Of a DNA stretch of 64,000 bases, positions 45,737 to 56,296 are shown piece by piece. The stretch comes from Epithemia pelagica. Lineage: Eukaryota; Protista; Bacillariophyta. The stretch's first letter is position 1. Each line of letters starts with the position of its first letter. A program made the position numbers and the translations under genes. The stretch lies in NCBI GenBank assembly GCA_946965045.2, contig OX337229.1, forward strand, positions 1,612,001 to 1,676,000, written 5' to 3'. The notes beneath the pieces were generated by a model. The model ran no database searches. It saw only the letters and a list, made by a program, of their open reading frames with translations, and was not told where the DNA came from.

Positions 45737-47890
45737 TCAAACTTGCTTGAACACAGTGGACCTGTGTCTATAGAGTCGTATTCTCAGCTCTTTTGCTTGT
45801 TGTGGATAATGGACCGCGACTTTGCGAAGGAGCGAGAGTGCATCTTCGTCCAGGGCATGCTGCACCGCCGGCCCATAGTTTTGTGTAAGGTTGCACAGAG
45901 CAAGACACCCGGCTTTCTGAACGTTAATTTTACCCTCGTGTCTCCGCATGGCTACAATGATTGTTCCCACCGCCCCTGCATCGGTCAACATTGGCTTGTT
46001 GCCGTCATCGTTGGCACACATTCGGCCAATGGAAAGGCATCCGTGTTCCTGAATGAACGCATTCTGTTCAAATTGCCACATCGCAGTCAGGATCGCTTCT
46101 ATACCACGAAACGACACAACATCAACATAAACGCGATCACCTTCGTTCATCAGTCTCTCCAAGGCTAGACAGGCTGCTTCTTGCAATGCTTCGTCGGTCC
46201 GATGAAGACGCATAGACAGTGTTATCAGTCCGATCCCCTCGAGGGTCATGATGGATTGGAGAACAACCGGATCGCCAACCACCATGGACGAAATAAATAA
46301 ACAACACTTGTGTTGCAATGTAGGTGTGGCTGGATACATCTTCATTGCTTTGAGCACGGTCGCAATTGCGCCGTACGATACAACTAAAGCCTTAACATTT
46401 TTCCCAGCGGCCCTGGTGGAGATGAGATTGGAAAGGCACTCGCATCCACAGTCCTGGATCATTTCATCTTGTTCAAAGATCCACATAGTACAAAGCAAGG
46501 TTTCTACACCTCCAGCAGAACGAATCACATCGACGGCTGACTCATCCTGTGATAAATTGGCCAACGTGCCCGTGGCCCAGCGTGCTTCGTACAAGGCCCG
46601 ATCCGCATCGGTAGTCTCCAAGGGCGAATCCAAATTTGGTACCCCCGGAGCTCTGGCAGAGACATAGGCAGACACCGATGATCCAGAAACTGAAGGGATT
46701 CTACGACTGTCGGGTGCATGACTCACCAATCCGGTATGGTAAGTTGCAGCATAAGACTGGTCGTCGTGCATAGGTGCTGAGGCGGACGCTGTCCATTGAG
46801 AATGGGAAGCTCCACCAGCAGTGCTCGTATTCCCCAATGTCGCACTGCCAGCGCTGGAAGTATCAGCCAAGAAGTGTCCAAAAGCTCTATCGATGTCATC
46901 CATGGTAGGCGGTGGAGGAGAAACCATACTACCAGGACCCTGAGAAGGCACCGTAGTTGGGGGCATCATAGAGACGTCTCGACTGTCTACTGTAGCACTC
47001 GTGGGTGGAAAGTGGTAGCTTCCGGGATACGACAGCATGGTGTGACCAGCAAGCCGTGAGGAGGAATCTCCCTCATTTGTGACAAATGTTCCCGTATTGC
47101 TGAGGGCGTCAACGGAAGCTTCGTCGGTAGAAGATATGTTTGCTCTGGGATGAGAATATAATGTATTGAGCCTTTGCGGACCGCCATGCATATTGTCGAA
47201 ATCATCTTGGTCCATAGGTTCAGGGTCATTTGTCACAATAGTGGATGCGTCATCCAAAGTGCGAGTATCCATCGTCGTTGCCACGTGGATTTGATGCGGT
47301 TGAGCATTTGACAGAGACATTGACGAATTCAAAGCTTCGGTGTTCTGTCCACCAGATCCTCGATCAGGGACGTGTTTCTCCTGACAATACTGTAGGATAT
47401 TGGTTACGATATATATTCCTCCAACATCAGTTATTAATCGTCGAACGGCTGTGTCCCCCAAGGACCAGGCACACAGCATCTCCAGTTGATCCACGATAAA
47501 GTCAGGTCCACGACTTGGGTTTTCCCTGTCCAACAAAGAATGAACCATTTCTGCTATTTTCTCTTCCAAATCTTTCTGGTCGATCACTGTTGATGTTGTT
47601 GTTGTCGAAAACGCTCTTGAGGGTCGAGCTACAGTGGGACTTTCAACTTCGTACGGAGCGGAGGGAGTGGGCAGTTCTTGGGACACCGAGTGATCGCTAC
47701 TGTCCACGCCGGCGTTGGGAAAGTGGACGGGCCATTCTTCTCGACAAAGAGGACATTCATCGTGAATCACTTCAAGGCGGCCTCGACCGAAAAAAGACCT
47801 TCGTCGTTGTCGTTGCAAGGTGACATCGGGGTGAACTGGACAAACAACCTCAAAGTCGTTCGATCTCCGTCTCCCCGCTACTGCCAACAT
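45737..47890 (-). CDS. Armadillo-repeat protein with N-terminal C-x2-HP...C-x2-C motif
   Basis: Repeated GG...++.AM..H....+QE.GC..L..L ARM units; intronless ORF, likely start MLAVAGRR at 47890. Confidence 0.8.
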   Translation of the reverse strand: MLAVAGRRRSNDFEVVCPVHPDVTLQRQRRRSFFGRGRLEVIHDECPLCREEWPVHFPNAGVDSSDHSVSQELPTPSAPYEVESPTVARPSRAFSTTTTSTVIDQKDLEEKIAEMVHSLLDRENPSRGPDFIVDQLEMLCAWSLGDTAVRRLITDVGGIYIVTNILQYCQEKHVPDRGSGGQNTEALNSSMSLSNAQPHQIHVATTMDTRTLDDASTIVTNDPEPMDQDDFDNMHGGPQRLNTLYSHPRANISSTDEASVDALSNTGTFVTNEGDSSSRLAGHTMLSYPGSYHFPPTSATVDSRDVSMMPPTTVPSQGPGSMVSPPPPTMDDIDRAFGHFLADTSSAGSATLGNTSTAGGASHSQWTASASAPMHDDQSYAATYHTGLVSHAPDSRRIPSVSGSSVSAYVSARAPGVPNLDSPLETTDADRALYEARWATGTLANLSQDESAVDVIRSAGGVETLLCTMWIFEQDEMIQDCGCECLSNLISTRAAGKNVKALVVSYGAIATVLKAMKMYPATPTLQHKCCLFISSMVVGDPVVLQSIMTLEGIGLITLSMRLHRTDEALQEAACLALERLMNEGDRVYVDVVSFRGIEAILTAMWQFEQNAFIQEHGCLSIGRMCANDDGNKPMLTDAGAVGTIIVAMRRHEGKINVQKAGCLALCNLTQNYGPAVQHALDEDALSLLRKVAVHYPQQAKELRIRLYRHRSTVFKQV

Positions 47891-48540
47891 ACTCGTATTC
47901 CTCTTTGTTCCAAAAGGGTCGGTGGTGCTTGTTTTCCTCTTGTCTTTGGACCAATTGACAATCAACCTGTGTTATTGTGTGGCCATCGTCTCTGGGAAAG
48001 GAGCCCCCATAATCCACGACTCAAACTATCCATCTCTGTCGCTGTTGTCGCAATCAGCGATTGTGTGATTCGGTACGTTCCAAGACTCGACTATCTCTTG
48101 GATTTTTATTTTCCGACTTAACGACAGGCTCTTTTTGTTGAAACCTACACATGAATTACCGAATCGTCACTTGTTCATGTCATTTATTACTCATTCAGTT
48201 GTGTTCCTACTTGTATTCGAGACGCATTGGATCGACCTCTTGGTTGTCACTATCCGCCCCAAATTTCCGTCGTGTTGTTGCCCTTCCTCACCCAGGAGGT
48301 TTATCGTCATTCAAATGCCATTCCATCGATCTTACTCCAAAAATGGCACCTATGACTCCACGGTCAATGGGTCTGTGTGAAGGTGGCTATTCGTTACTCA
48401 GTAGTGTTCGTACAAGAACCATGTAAATCACTATTACTCACTCGGATGTGTTCCTGATCAGCGTCTAAAGATGACAACCTTGAATAACAAAAAGATCAAT
48501 GGTAAACATAAAAAGCGAAACACATGCCTGTTTTTTCGGT

Positions 48541-50222
48541 CTATGAAAACCACACAATCGGCGCATAGCGAGCAAGGCGAAGTCTGGTCATAATCTGTCG
48601 GGCATGATCTGGACTGTGTGATTTGGCGACACGAACAACTGCGAGTGCGCCATATCCATTGGCCATTTGAGCAATCTGCAGCTTCTCAGTCAAGTTGAAC
48701 AGGGCTACACACCCAGCTACTTGGATTCGAGAGGTCTTTGGATGCGACCTCATGGCCTGCACTATTCGCTCCAAAGCCCCCGAGCGGGCAATGGAAAACT
48801 TGCGCTCCACATGACAAATCGATAAATGTCCAAACAAACGGCATGCCTCTTCCTGAACGTCCGAATTGGATTCATGTTCAGTCATCGCATGAAGCACAGT
48901 TGCTAAGCCTCGGCCTGAAACAATAAGAGTCTTGTTCGATTCGACCTTTCTGCACAAAGCTTTCAGGACTGCACAACCAAGCATTTGTACTTTTGCGTCC
49001 TTAGGATGTGCCTTCATTGCTGACAGTACTGCATCAATGCCTCCCGAGTTACCAATAGCAAGGCTTGTGTCTGATCCATCCATACTGAGTCTATGGAGGC
49101 CGACCATGCCTCTCCGCTGGACATGAACATCCTGACGAGCATTAGCCATTGCAACGAGAATGGCCTTCACTGTGTCATACCTTTCGATCAAGATGCGACG
49201 ATAGTCAGAGATGCGCGCGAAACAACATATTGCACAGAGACCCTTTTCCTGAAGATTTGCATTGTTGGAATACTTTTTCATGGCTGCGAAAATCGTTTTC
49301 ATAGCACCTTTGGATTCCAGAACAGAGCACAATGATGATTGGTGTGCCAGATTTGCAAGACAACTTACGCCAAGCTGTTGCAATCGAAGGAAGTAAACTG
49401 AGTCATCGTCTTTTTCACGGTGTCTTTTCTTTCCGTCGTCTTTGCCATCAAACCGCGTAGGTTTGTCCTCGTTCAAATGACGTTCCATCGCTCTTACAAT
49501 GGCACCAATACCTCCACGGTCAGCAACCGCACGTAGCTGCATGCCGTTGTGCGTGAAAGTCAATTCGCGCATTCTTGCCATATAATAGGCTGTTTTGGTA
49601 AGAGTGTTATCGGCGTGGTCCATGGACTCAATTGTTTGCTGGATTCGTCTAAGAGTTTCCTCTGACGGCTTCTCTTCCCTGAGTCCTGGATGTCCAAGAG
49701 CTCTAGAGTTGCTCTCTGTTCTTTCCTCTTCCTCGTCTCCCTCATCCAAATCCGACAATACTTCCTGATCGCTCATCCATCTCCTTGTTAAGCTGTCTTT
49801 GAGCACAGCCGAAACCTCTTTGGAATGAGACAGTGAACTAGAGGATAGTCCTGTCGCACTGTGAGAAGCACTTCCTGATTCCATTGACCCCATGTGTGTA
49901 CCTCCGCCATCGCTGTCAAAAAAGTCTTCAAACTGGGAGAGTTTCTCGGACAGAGAGTGCCTTCCCTCCGACATTGAAATATCCTCCAGGTCTGACTGCG
50001 TCTACGTACCAGTGGGCACCAGGGTAAGACAGTGACACGGTATACCAAACAGACCAAGGAAACCAGAAAACTTACCGAGTCTGCCGACTCTCCCAGACGA
50101 CGCTCATTTCGAAACTTTGCAAAACGCGACTTCTTACTTCCACTGCTCTCTTTATTTTTTCTCCTCTTCGAAAAGCTACTACCCAGTCGAAAGCGTCCTG
50201 AAGACTCAGTGTTGCTATTCAT
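48541..50222 (-). CDS. Armadillo-repeat protein, 2 exons (50222-50076, 50001-48541)
   Basis: About six ARM units (GGIDAVLSAMKAHPKDAKVQMLGCAVL). Intron 50002-50075 (GTAAGT...TAG) joins ORF 49788-50363 in frame to ORF 48541-49974. Confidence 0.85.
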
Positions 50223-51112
50223 TCTTCGACTTCCTGATTTCTTCGATGAAGACTGTCCTCTCAGTTCGTTGTGTTGTCGCCAACCCAAAGAACAAAACGG
50301 GTGAAGTTGGAGGGAGAATGGGAAGCGAGCGAGTGCAAGTGTGGAGGTGCGAGTGCCATCCAATTAAAAAGTCAGACGGCGTCTCTACCTCAAGTACTCA
50401 TTAGAGAGTAGAGCTACGTGCTGAGGGCTTAGTAGCTGCATGCCCTTGAAGATGATCCCGAGAACACATAACACATATGTACTTTTTTGCACTCTCGCTC
50501 TCGCTCTCACTCCCACTCCCACTCCCACTCCCTCTCTCTACTAGCTCTAGCTAGTAGCTAGTTAGAAAGCATGAGACGATTCGTAATAATATACTTAGAG
50601 TGACGAACAATCTAAATTCACACATCCGTAGTTAAAGCATAGTAAGGCTAGCTCCGCTGTCTTGCACACCACTCCCAAAGTTCCCTCCTTACTCCTTACC
50701 TCTAGCTAGAGCGCTCTACCGTCCTGCGAAATGTTTTCAGGGTTTTTTTTGTTAGAGGAAGACAACTATGACTATGATGTAGAAAGGTAGGAGTGCCTCT
50801 AGATTTTAGAAACAATCGAGCTGGTTCTCCTCTACTCCTCTAGGTAAGTTCATTGGACAAGGTACAATAGGTAGAAGGAGAAGGTAAGTATTACTTAATA
50901 GGAGCATCAATAATATTTGAATGTGTGGTGTCAAAGACGGTATTGGCATTACTGGCTTGCTACATACGAGTACTCCAAAACATTTGGGTGTCCGATTAGA
51001 GCTACGGTCTACTGTGCGATGTTCTACATTGTAGACCTCTCGAGCCTAGCTAGAGCTAGAGAGTAGAGAGAGAGAGAGAGAGCTCCTCGTATCAAGCACA
51101 TAATAGTAGATA

Positions 51113-53044
51113 CTCCCTCCTGCCCAAAATTATCGCAACAAGTTACTAAAAATGACGTAACTTCTCACGCGCAAGCCCGTTGGCGCTAAAAATTATATAG
51201 ATCGATAGCTTATTACACGACTCAAATTTCCATGTATAATTTATATGTTCCATCTCACAATCCTGGAGAGTTACAGGGAACTAAACGAGGTGAAAAAAGA
51301 AACTCAGACTTTGGCGTACCGGTTCTGGCCCTACAGGCATACCCAAGCCATGCCACCTTCAGGGGAGGCCCGCAAGGGGGTAAAGTACAAGGAATTGCGG
51401 AGAGAAGACCGCGGACGTGCCATGGCGATCCTTCTAACCTTCCATCTGAATGGCACCTTGCCCAGAGGTGTTTTGTCAGGCGTCGCTGAAATGTTTGGTG
51501 TGCATCGATCCACCATAAGCCGACTTTGGGAGCGCGCGCAGAAATCGCGCGTGGAGAACGTAATTAACTCTCCTGAAATTTCATCCAACGCACGCGCGCG
51601 CGGAAGACTCCCTATTTGTTCTTCACCAGACGTTAGAGAAGCTGTTAAAAATGTCCCATTGATGAAGAGACGAACCCAGGAACAACTCTCTACCGTTCTG
51701 GGTATGTCAAGAAGCACAGTGCAGCGATTTGTGAAGAAAGGCACTCTACGATGCCATACCAACACCCTAAAACCCTTCCTCACTGAAACCAACATGATGG
51801 CAAGATACCTGATGGCACAATCCTTTGTAAACCCCTTGAAACCCGGTGAGTACCAAGACATGATGGACATGATCCATGTCGATGAAAAGTGGTTTTTTGT
51901 GACGAAAGATGCACAGCGCTTTATCTTGACCGACGATGAAGAGGATCCACAGAGGACATGCAAACACAAGAGCCACATCACAAAGGTAATGTTCTTTTGT
52001 GCTGTGGCTCGTCCTCGCTTTATTCCAGCTATGAATCAATGGTGGGATGGTAAACTGGGCATCTGGCCCATTGGTGAGTGGGTCCCTGCGAAGAGGAGCA
52101 GCGTCAACAGGGAAAAGGGGACTATGGTATGGAAGAACATTACTGTTAACAGAGAGGTCTACAGGGATTTACTTGTGGAAAAACTAATGCCAGCAATATT
52201 GGAGAAGTGGCCACAAGCAGACAGAAACAAGAGAACCATAAGGATTCAACAGGATGGCGCCAAGTCCCATATCAAGGATGGAGACATGTACTTTGTGGAG
52301 TTCCTGAGATCCATGAAAGAGTTGGGAGTGAGGGCAGAGTTCTTTACACAAGCTCCCAACAGCCCAGACACAAACATTTGTGATCTGGGCTTTTTCAGGG
52401 CTATCCAGAGTCATGGTTTGATTGTTGGGTCGAGCGAGGCACAGCTGCTTGAATCTGTACAGAATGCTTTTGATTCCTATCCAAGAGACAGACTAAACCA
52501 CACATGGCTCACCCTCCAATCTTGCTTCAATGAAATCATTAAAGCAGGAGGAGGGAATGACTACAAAATACCCCACATGAATAAACAGGGGCTGGAGAGG
52601 AGAGGGGAGCTTCCCCATGTGCTGCCAGTTGCAGACGACCTCTGCAGCCCTACAAGCAGCAATCTGCAAGACTAGACATTAATAGACTAGTCAAATGAAT
52701 ACCTGGTCGACCTCCACTGAACCAGGAGGCGACCAGGGGCCACGGCCAATGATCGTCACCCTAGTAGGAGTAGGATCATTGTGTGTGTTGTGTCGTTGTT
52801 CCTGCCATTCGTGATTTTTCAGTGTTGGTGGTGGGAGATGAGTGAGGTCTTGTACCGTTGGGGAGTGATGATTGAAGGGCTGGATAGATTTTTTAGCACG
52901 TGTCACAGTGAATGTTCATCTCCAAAATTCGACTCCGAATGAGCCGGCCATCCTCCTGTAGAAATGTACCAGGGCCTACGAGAGCTTTTTGTGCGACTAC
53001 TATGACTAAAAAAACTTGTTGCAATAATTTTGGGCAGGAGGGAG
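51113..53044 (+). mobile_element. Full-length plant-type mariner transposon (1,932 bp) with Stowaway-like TIRs
   Basis: 32-bp TIRs CTCCCTCCTGCCCAAAATTAT(C/T)GCAACAAGTT at 51113-51144 and 53013-53044 (1 mismatch); TA on both flanks (51111-12, 53045-46). Confidence 0.95.
51245..52675 (+). CDS. Mariner-like transposase, uninterrupted, DD42D
   Basis: HVDEKWF, WDGKLGIWP, IQQDGAKSH, PNSPDTNICDLGFF, GGNDYKIPHMNK; N-terminal HTH. Confidence 0.95.
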   Translation: MFHLTILESYRELNEVKKETQTLAYRFWPYRHTQAMPPSGEARKGVKYKELRREDRGRAMAILLTFHLNGTLPRGVLSGVAEMFGVHRSTISRLWERAQKSRVENVINSPEISSNARARGRLPICSSPDVREAVKNVPLMKRRTQEQLSTVLGMSRSTVQRFVKKGTLRCHTNTLKPFLTETNMMARYLMAQSFVNPLKPGEYQDMMDMIHVDEKWFFVTKDAQRFILTDDEEDPQRTCKHKSHITKVMFFCAVARPRFIPAMNQWWDGKLGIWPIGEWVPAKRSSVNREKGTMVWKNITVNREVYRDLLVEKLMPAILEKWPQADRNKRTIRIQQDGAKSHIKDGDMYFVEFLRSMKELGVRAEFFTQAPNSPDTNICDLGFFRAIQSHGLIVGSSEAQLLESVQNAFDSYPRDRLNHTWLTLQSCFNEIIKAGGGNDYKIPHMNKQGLERRGELPHVLPVADDLCSPTSSNLQD

Positions 53045-53240
53045 TAGTAGCGGTAGATCAAACTACACTATTGTACTTCTACCTTCTACCTACTCTCGTG
53101 CTGTAGAGTACGTGTAGTAGCTCCTACTAGGAGTAGCTCTTAGCTCTACTAGAGAGATCTCAAGCTAGCTAGAGTGAGCTACTACAATACCCATAGTACT
53201 CTCTAGTAGAGAGTAGAGGTAGAGACAAGTAGTATTAATA

Positions 53241-53410
53241 CTTCCCGGTGTCGAGTCCTTTCAAGGAGGGACCGCCCGGCGCGGAGGGTAGAATGACGAG
53301 GAGGGCAATGGTCGAGGAGGGCGCACGCCCGACAAGACAATTGCCCGTCGAGCCATTCTCCCGACAAGCCGGGCGCGCCCGACGCGAGAGGACGGCCAGA
53401 AACAGGGAAG
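53241..53410. mobile_element. Possible 170-bp GC-rich mini-element
   Basis: TA|CTTCCCGGT...ACAGGGAAG|TA (9-bp IR, 1 mismatch); internal repeats GAGGAGGGC x2 and CCCGACAAG x2. Confidence 0.4.
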
Positions 53411-53412
53411 TA

Positions 53413-54006
53413 AGGGCTGGGTAAGCCGATCCATGTTCGGCTAAGTAGGCTCAGTACATTAAGCTACGTAGTACTATTTTCATCACTGTAACAAGTGGGG
53501 CGAATGGTCACAAATCGAAAACTTGCTGCCACGAGAAACAATGCAATCCGGAAACCATCACTCGACAATGGTCGAAGAAATCACCCCCATGGCAATAACT
53601 TCATGGATAATTGAGCCTAACTGAATCACTTTTAGAATAATACTCTTGAATACTAGAGCAACTATGGTTTCAATTTGATTCAGTCACCGTTGAGAAATGA
53701 ATGAGTTAGGAAGGTTTTTGGATTACATCACCAGTATACCTTTTGATCCAACGCGACAAATCTTCTGTAGCTGCAGAACACAGTAATACTAGCAAACTCA
53801 AATAACTTACAGTAGTAGGATGTTGATGCGATGCATCGGTAAATGCATGCGGCATCAACGGATCTCGCCGTCATCGTGGAGTGTTTTTGCATTTTTTCGG
53901 ACTTCCCACCATTTCAGGTATGACGTGTACTATGGGATTTTATGTACGCTACGTAGCTTTTGTACTGAACCTACTTAGCCGAACATGGATCGGCTTACCC
54001 AGCCCT
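53413..54006. mobile_element. MITE (594 bp), superfamily unassigned
   Basis: About 59-bp TIRs AGGGCTGGGTAAGCCGATCCATGTTCGGCTAAGTAGG... at 53413-53471 and 53949-54006; first 37 bp perfect; TA flanks; no ORF. Confidence 0.88.
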
Positions 54007-54645
54007 TAGTAAACTTACAAGCTGAGTTCAGACAGAATGTTCCTGACGTAGCGCTCCAGTAGGAAATCTACGTAATCCGCGCGAGCCATCCCCTTAATAT
54101 AGCCCTTCTATTTATGCCTCTACCGTTCTACCAAAAATTGACCATGGTGAACGGTCCTTTTGACCGATCTCTTGCCAAATAGGAGACGGCTCCATGATCC
54201 CATGCTCTGAACCTCTTCTCCATTCATGGGTTGAGCATGGAGAACGATGTCGGCGCTGCATTCGTTTTGTAGGTGTCGTTTTATCTAGTTGAAGGTGGTC
54301 GCCGCGCGATTTACTACGGCGACTCACGGCAAAACTTGGTGCAACCAATGCACCTCTATTGTAGAATCGAATGATAGAAGATAGAACAAAGACTATGAAC
54401 ACTTGTAGCGTTGTTCACGTCAAAAATTGATATTCTTCTCGTTAGATATATGGAACTTAGACTAGAAGTTGCGTCGTTCACAACAAAGATTGATGTTCTT
54501 TTCTTTGTTGTGACTCACACAGCCGTACCTGAACGCAATGTATTGTACGGTAAACGTAACACAACTATAGAATTAGATCGTATTCATAGAGAATGAAGAT
54601 CCTACTCAAATGATAATCATAAAACGCTGCTACATTGTTCACTAT

Positions 54646-55218
54646 CTAGGCTTGTTGATGATTAAAGAAGAGATTTTGAAGCGGGTGCTTGAGCATCATC
54701 GCACCAAGCGAAATGTTGAAGCGATCCATATCCTTGCTGCCCATGTAGATTGTAACGACCTGGGGTTCCATGCAGGCTTTAGGGTTGATGGAGCAGCGTG
54801 TGTAGAGGCGGATGCGTCCCATGGGAGGTCCGTTCTTGCTCGTCTTTCCAGAGACCTGGTCCAGGTGCGACAGAGCAATGAACCCAACTGGAACAACCAA
54901 CGCTGGTTCCTCATGCTCGCTTGTTGCATCCCGGTCAAAGACTGCAATCCGTAGGTAGTCGGTCGCAAGCTCCCGCTGCACAAGCAGATGGCCACGGTCG
55001 ACGATGTTGTGGCCAGTGTCCTTGTTTCTCGACATGGGCCCGATGAGCGCGCAAACATCGCTGGCATAAAAGCACGACTTGAACGGGAGACCAGCACCAC
55101 CCTCACGGCCATCCTCTTCGTTGAACTCGAACTTCGTCCTCATGTTGGTCATCTTGTTTCTTCTTCCTTGCCTCTTCCTGTCGTCTCTGTTTGATTGTTC
55201 CATTGCACGGCGGGTCAT
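54646..55218 (-). CDS. Cargo orphan protein, 190 aa
   Basis: ATG-to-stop ORF with globular-looking composition, divergent from the 55390 gene across 171 bp; no family recognised. Confidence 0.55.
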   Translation of the reverse strand: MTRRAMEQSNRDDRKRQGRRNKMTNMRTKFEFNEEDGREGGAGLPFKSCFYASDVCALIGPMSRNKDTGHNIVDRGHLLVQRELATDYLRIAVFDRDATSEHEEPALVVPVGFIALSHLDQVSGKTSKNGPPMGRIRLYTRCSINPKACMEPQVVTIYMGSKDMDRFNISLGAMMLKHPLQNLFFNHQQA

Positions 55219-55389
55219 TCGGAAGTTGCTTCATGCTGCAAGTTGATTTTGTGGCGCGCGCCGATATTGTTCACGAATGAGCGCGGGGGGATTCCCTAGA
55301 TGACACAAGAACGGAGAGCGGGCAACAATCAAACAAACAAACACAACAATCAAACGAACGAATCCCTATTGTGTTCTCACTTTCCAACG

Positions 55390-56296
55390 ATGCGCCAGAC
55401 GCGTAGTGCTACCAAACGAGCTGAGTCTGCGAAGAAGGAGCAGGAGGACTCCGCCGCAGCTCCCTCCACAACCGCATTTCCCTCCGACAAGGGAAACAAG
55501 GGAAACAAGGCAAACAAGAAAATGAAGACAAAGACGGCCGTGGACAACAAAACGTCGAAGAAGAAGAAGACGACGACGACGAAGTGTCCCGCTTCGACAA
55601 AGAAGCATGTGACCTTCAACCTTGAGGGTCCTTCGTCGTGGCACGAGCGCGCAAAACAGTGGCAACTCACCATTGGGGATGAAGATGGTATCCCAGTGTT
55701 CTTCGTCAGCAACAAGGACGTCGAATGCGCTAACCTGTCGGATATCGCGGCAGAGCTCCTTGCGATCGAGGCTGTCGGCAAAGAAGGTAAGTTTGATTGT
55801 TCATTGTTGGTTTTGAGTCTCCCTTTCTCACGACGCGCCCTCTGCTGCCACAGACACCAAACCCAACAGCAAGCCCGACAACAAGCCCGACAGCAAGCCC
55901 GAGAAGGAGATCAAGAAGGAGGACGACGTCGAGAACAAGACTCCAGAGTCTTATGTGACCCCGAAGAAAGTAACTTCTTCCCCGAAGGTGGCGTCTCGAG
56001 CTTTCGCACTGACCCCCTCCCAGAAGCATGCTTTCCAGCGTCGGATTGCTGAGGAACAGGTGAAGGAAAGTGGAGCGACAGACCCTCGCCAGACTTTGAA
56101 TGAGTCGCTGGCATTGGGAGAAAACATCCCGTCGTCTCCTCCTTTGTTCTTTAGCAATCCTTCCCGTGCATACCGGACATCCATTGATTCGTATGCCGAT
56201 GATGGATTTCTCGAGACCCAAGAAGACTTCATCGGTACGCAGCAAAACGGGCTTTTTGGTCCCGATTACTTGGATCATGAGGACGAGGCGTACTAG
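55390..56296 (+). CDS. Cargo orphan protein, 279 aa, basic N-terminus and acidic C-terminus, 2 exons (55390-55786, 55854-56296)
   Basis: Intron 55787-55853 (GTAAGT...CAG, 67 nt) joins ORF 55300-56052 in frame to ORF 55955-56296. Confidence 0.7.

Noticed and set aside
53411-54008. PIF/Harbinger (TAA/TTA) or hAT (8-bp TSD) assignment of the MITE
   Set aside because: Left TAA and right TTA are not a direct duplication and the 8-bp flanks differ; only TA is duplicated.
54112-54402. Fifth gene of the large element (96 aa)
   Set aside because: Short, no motif, subterminal position; cannot be distinguished from a chance ORF.
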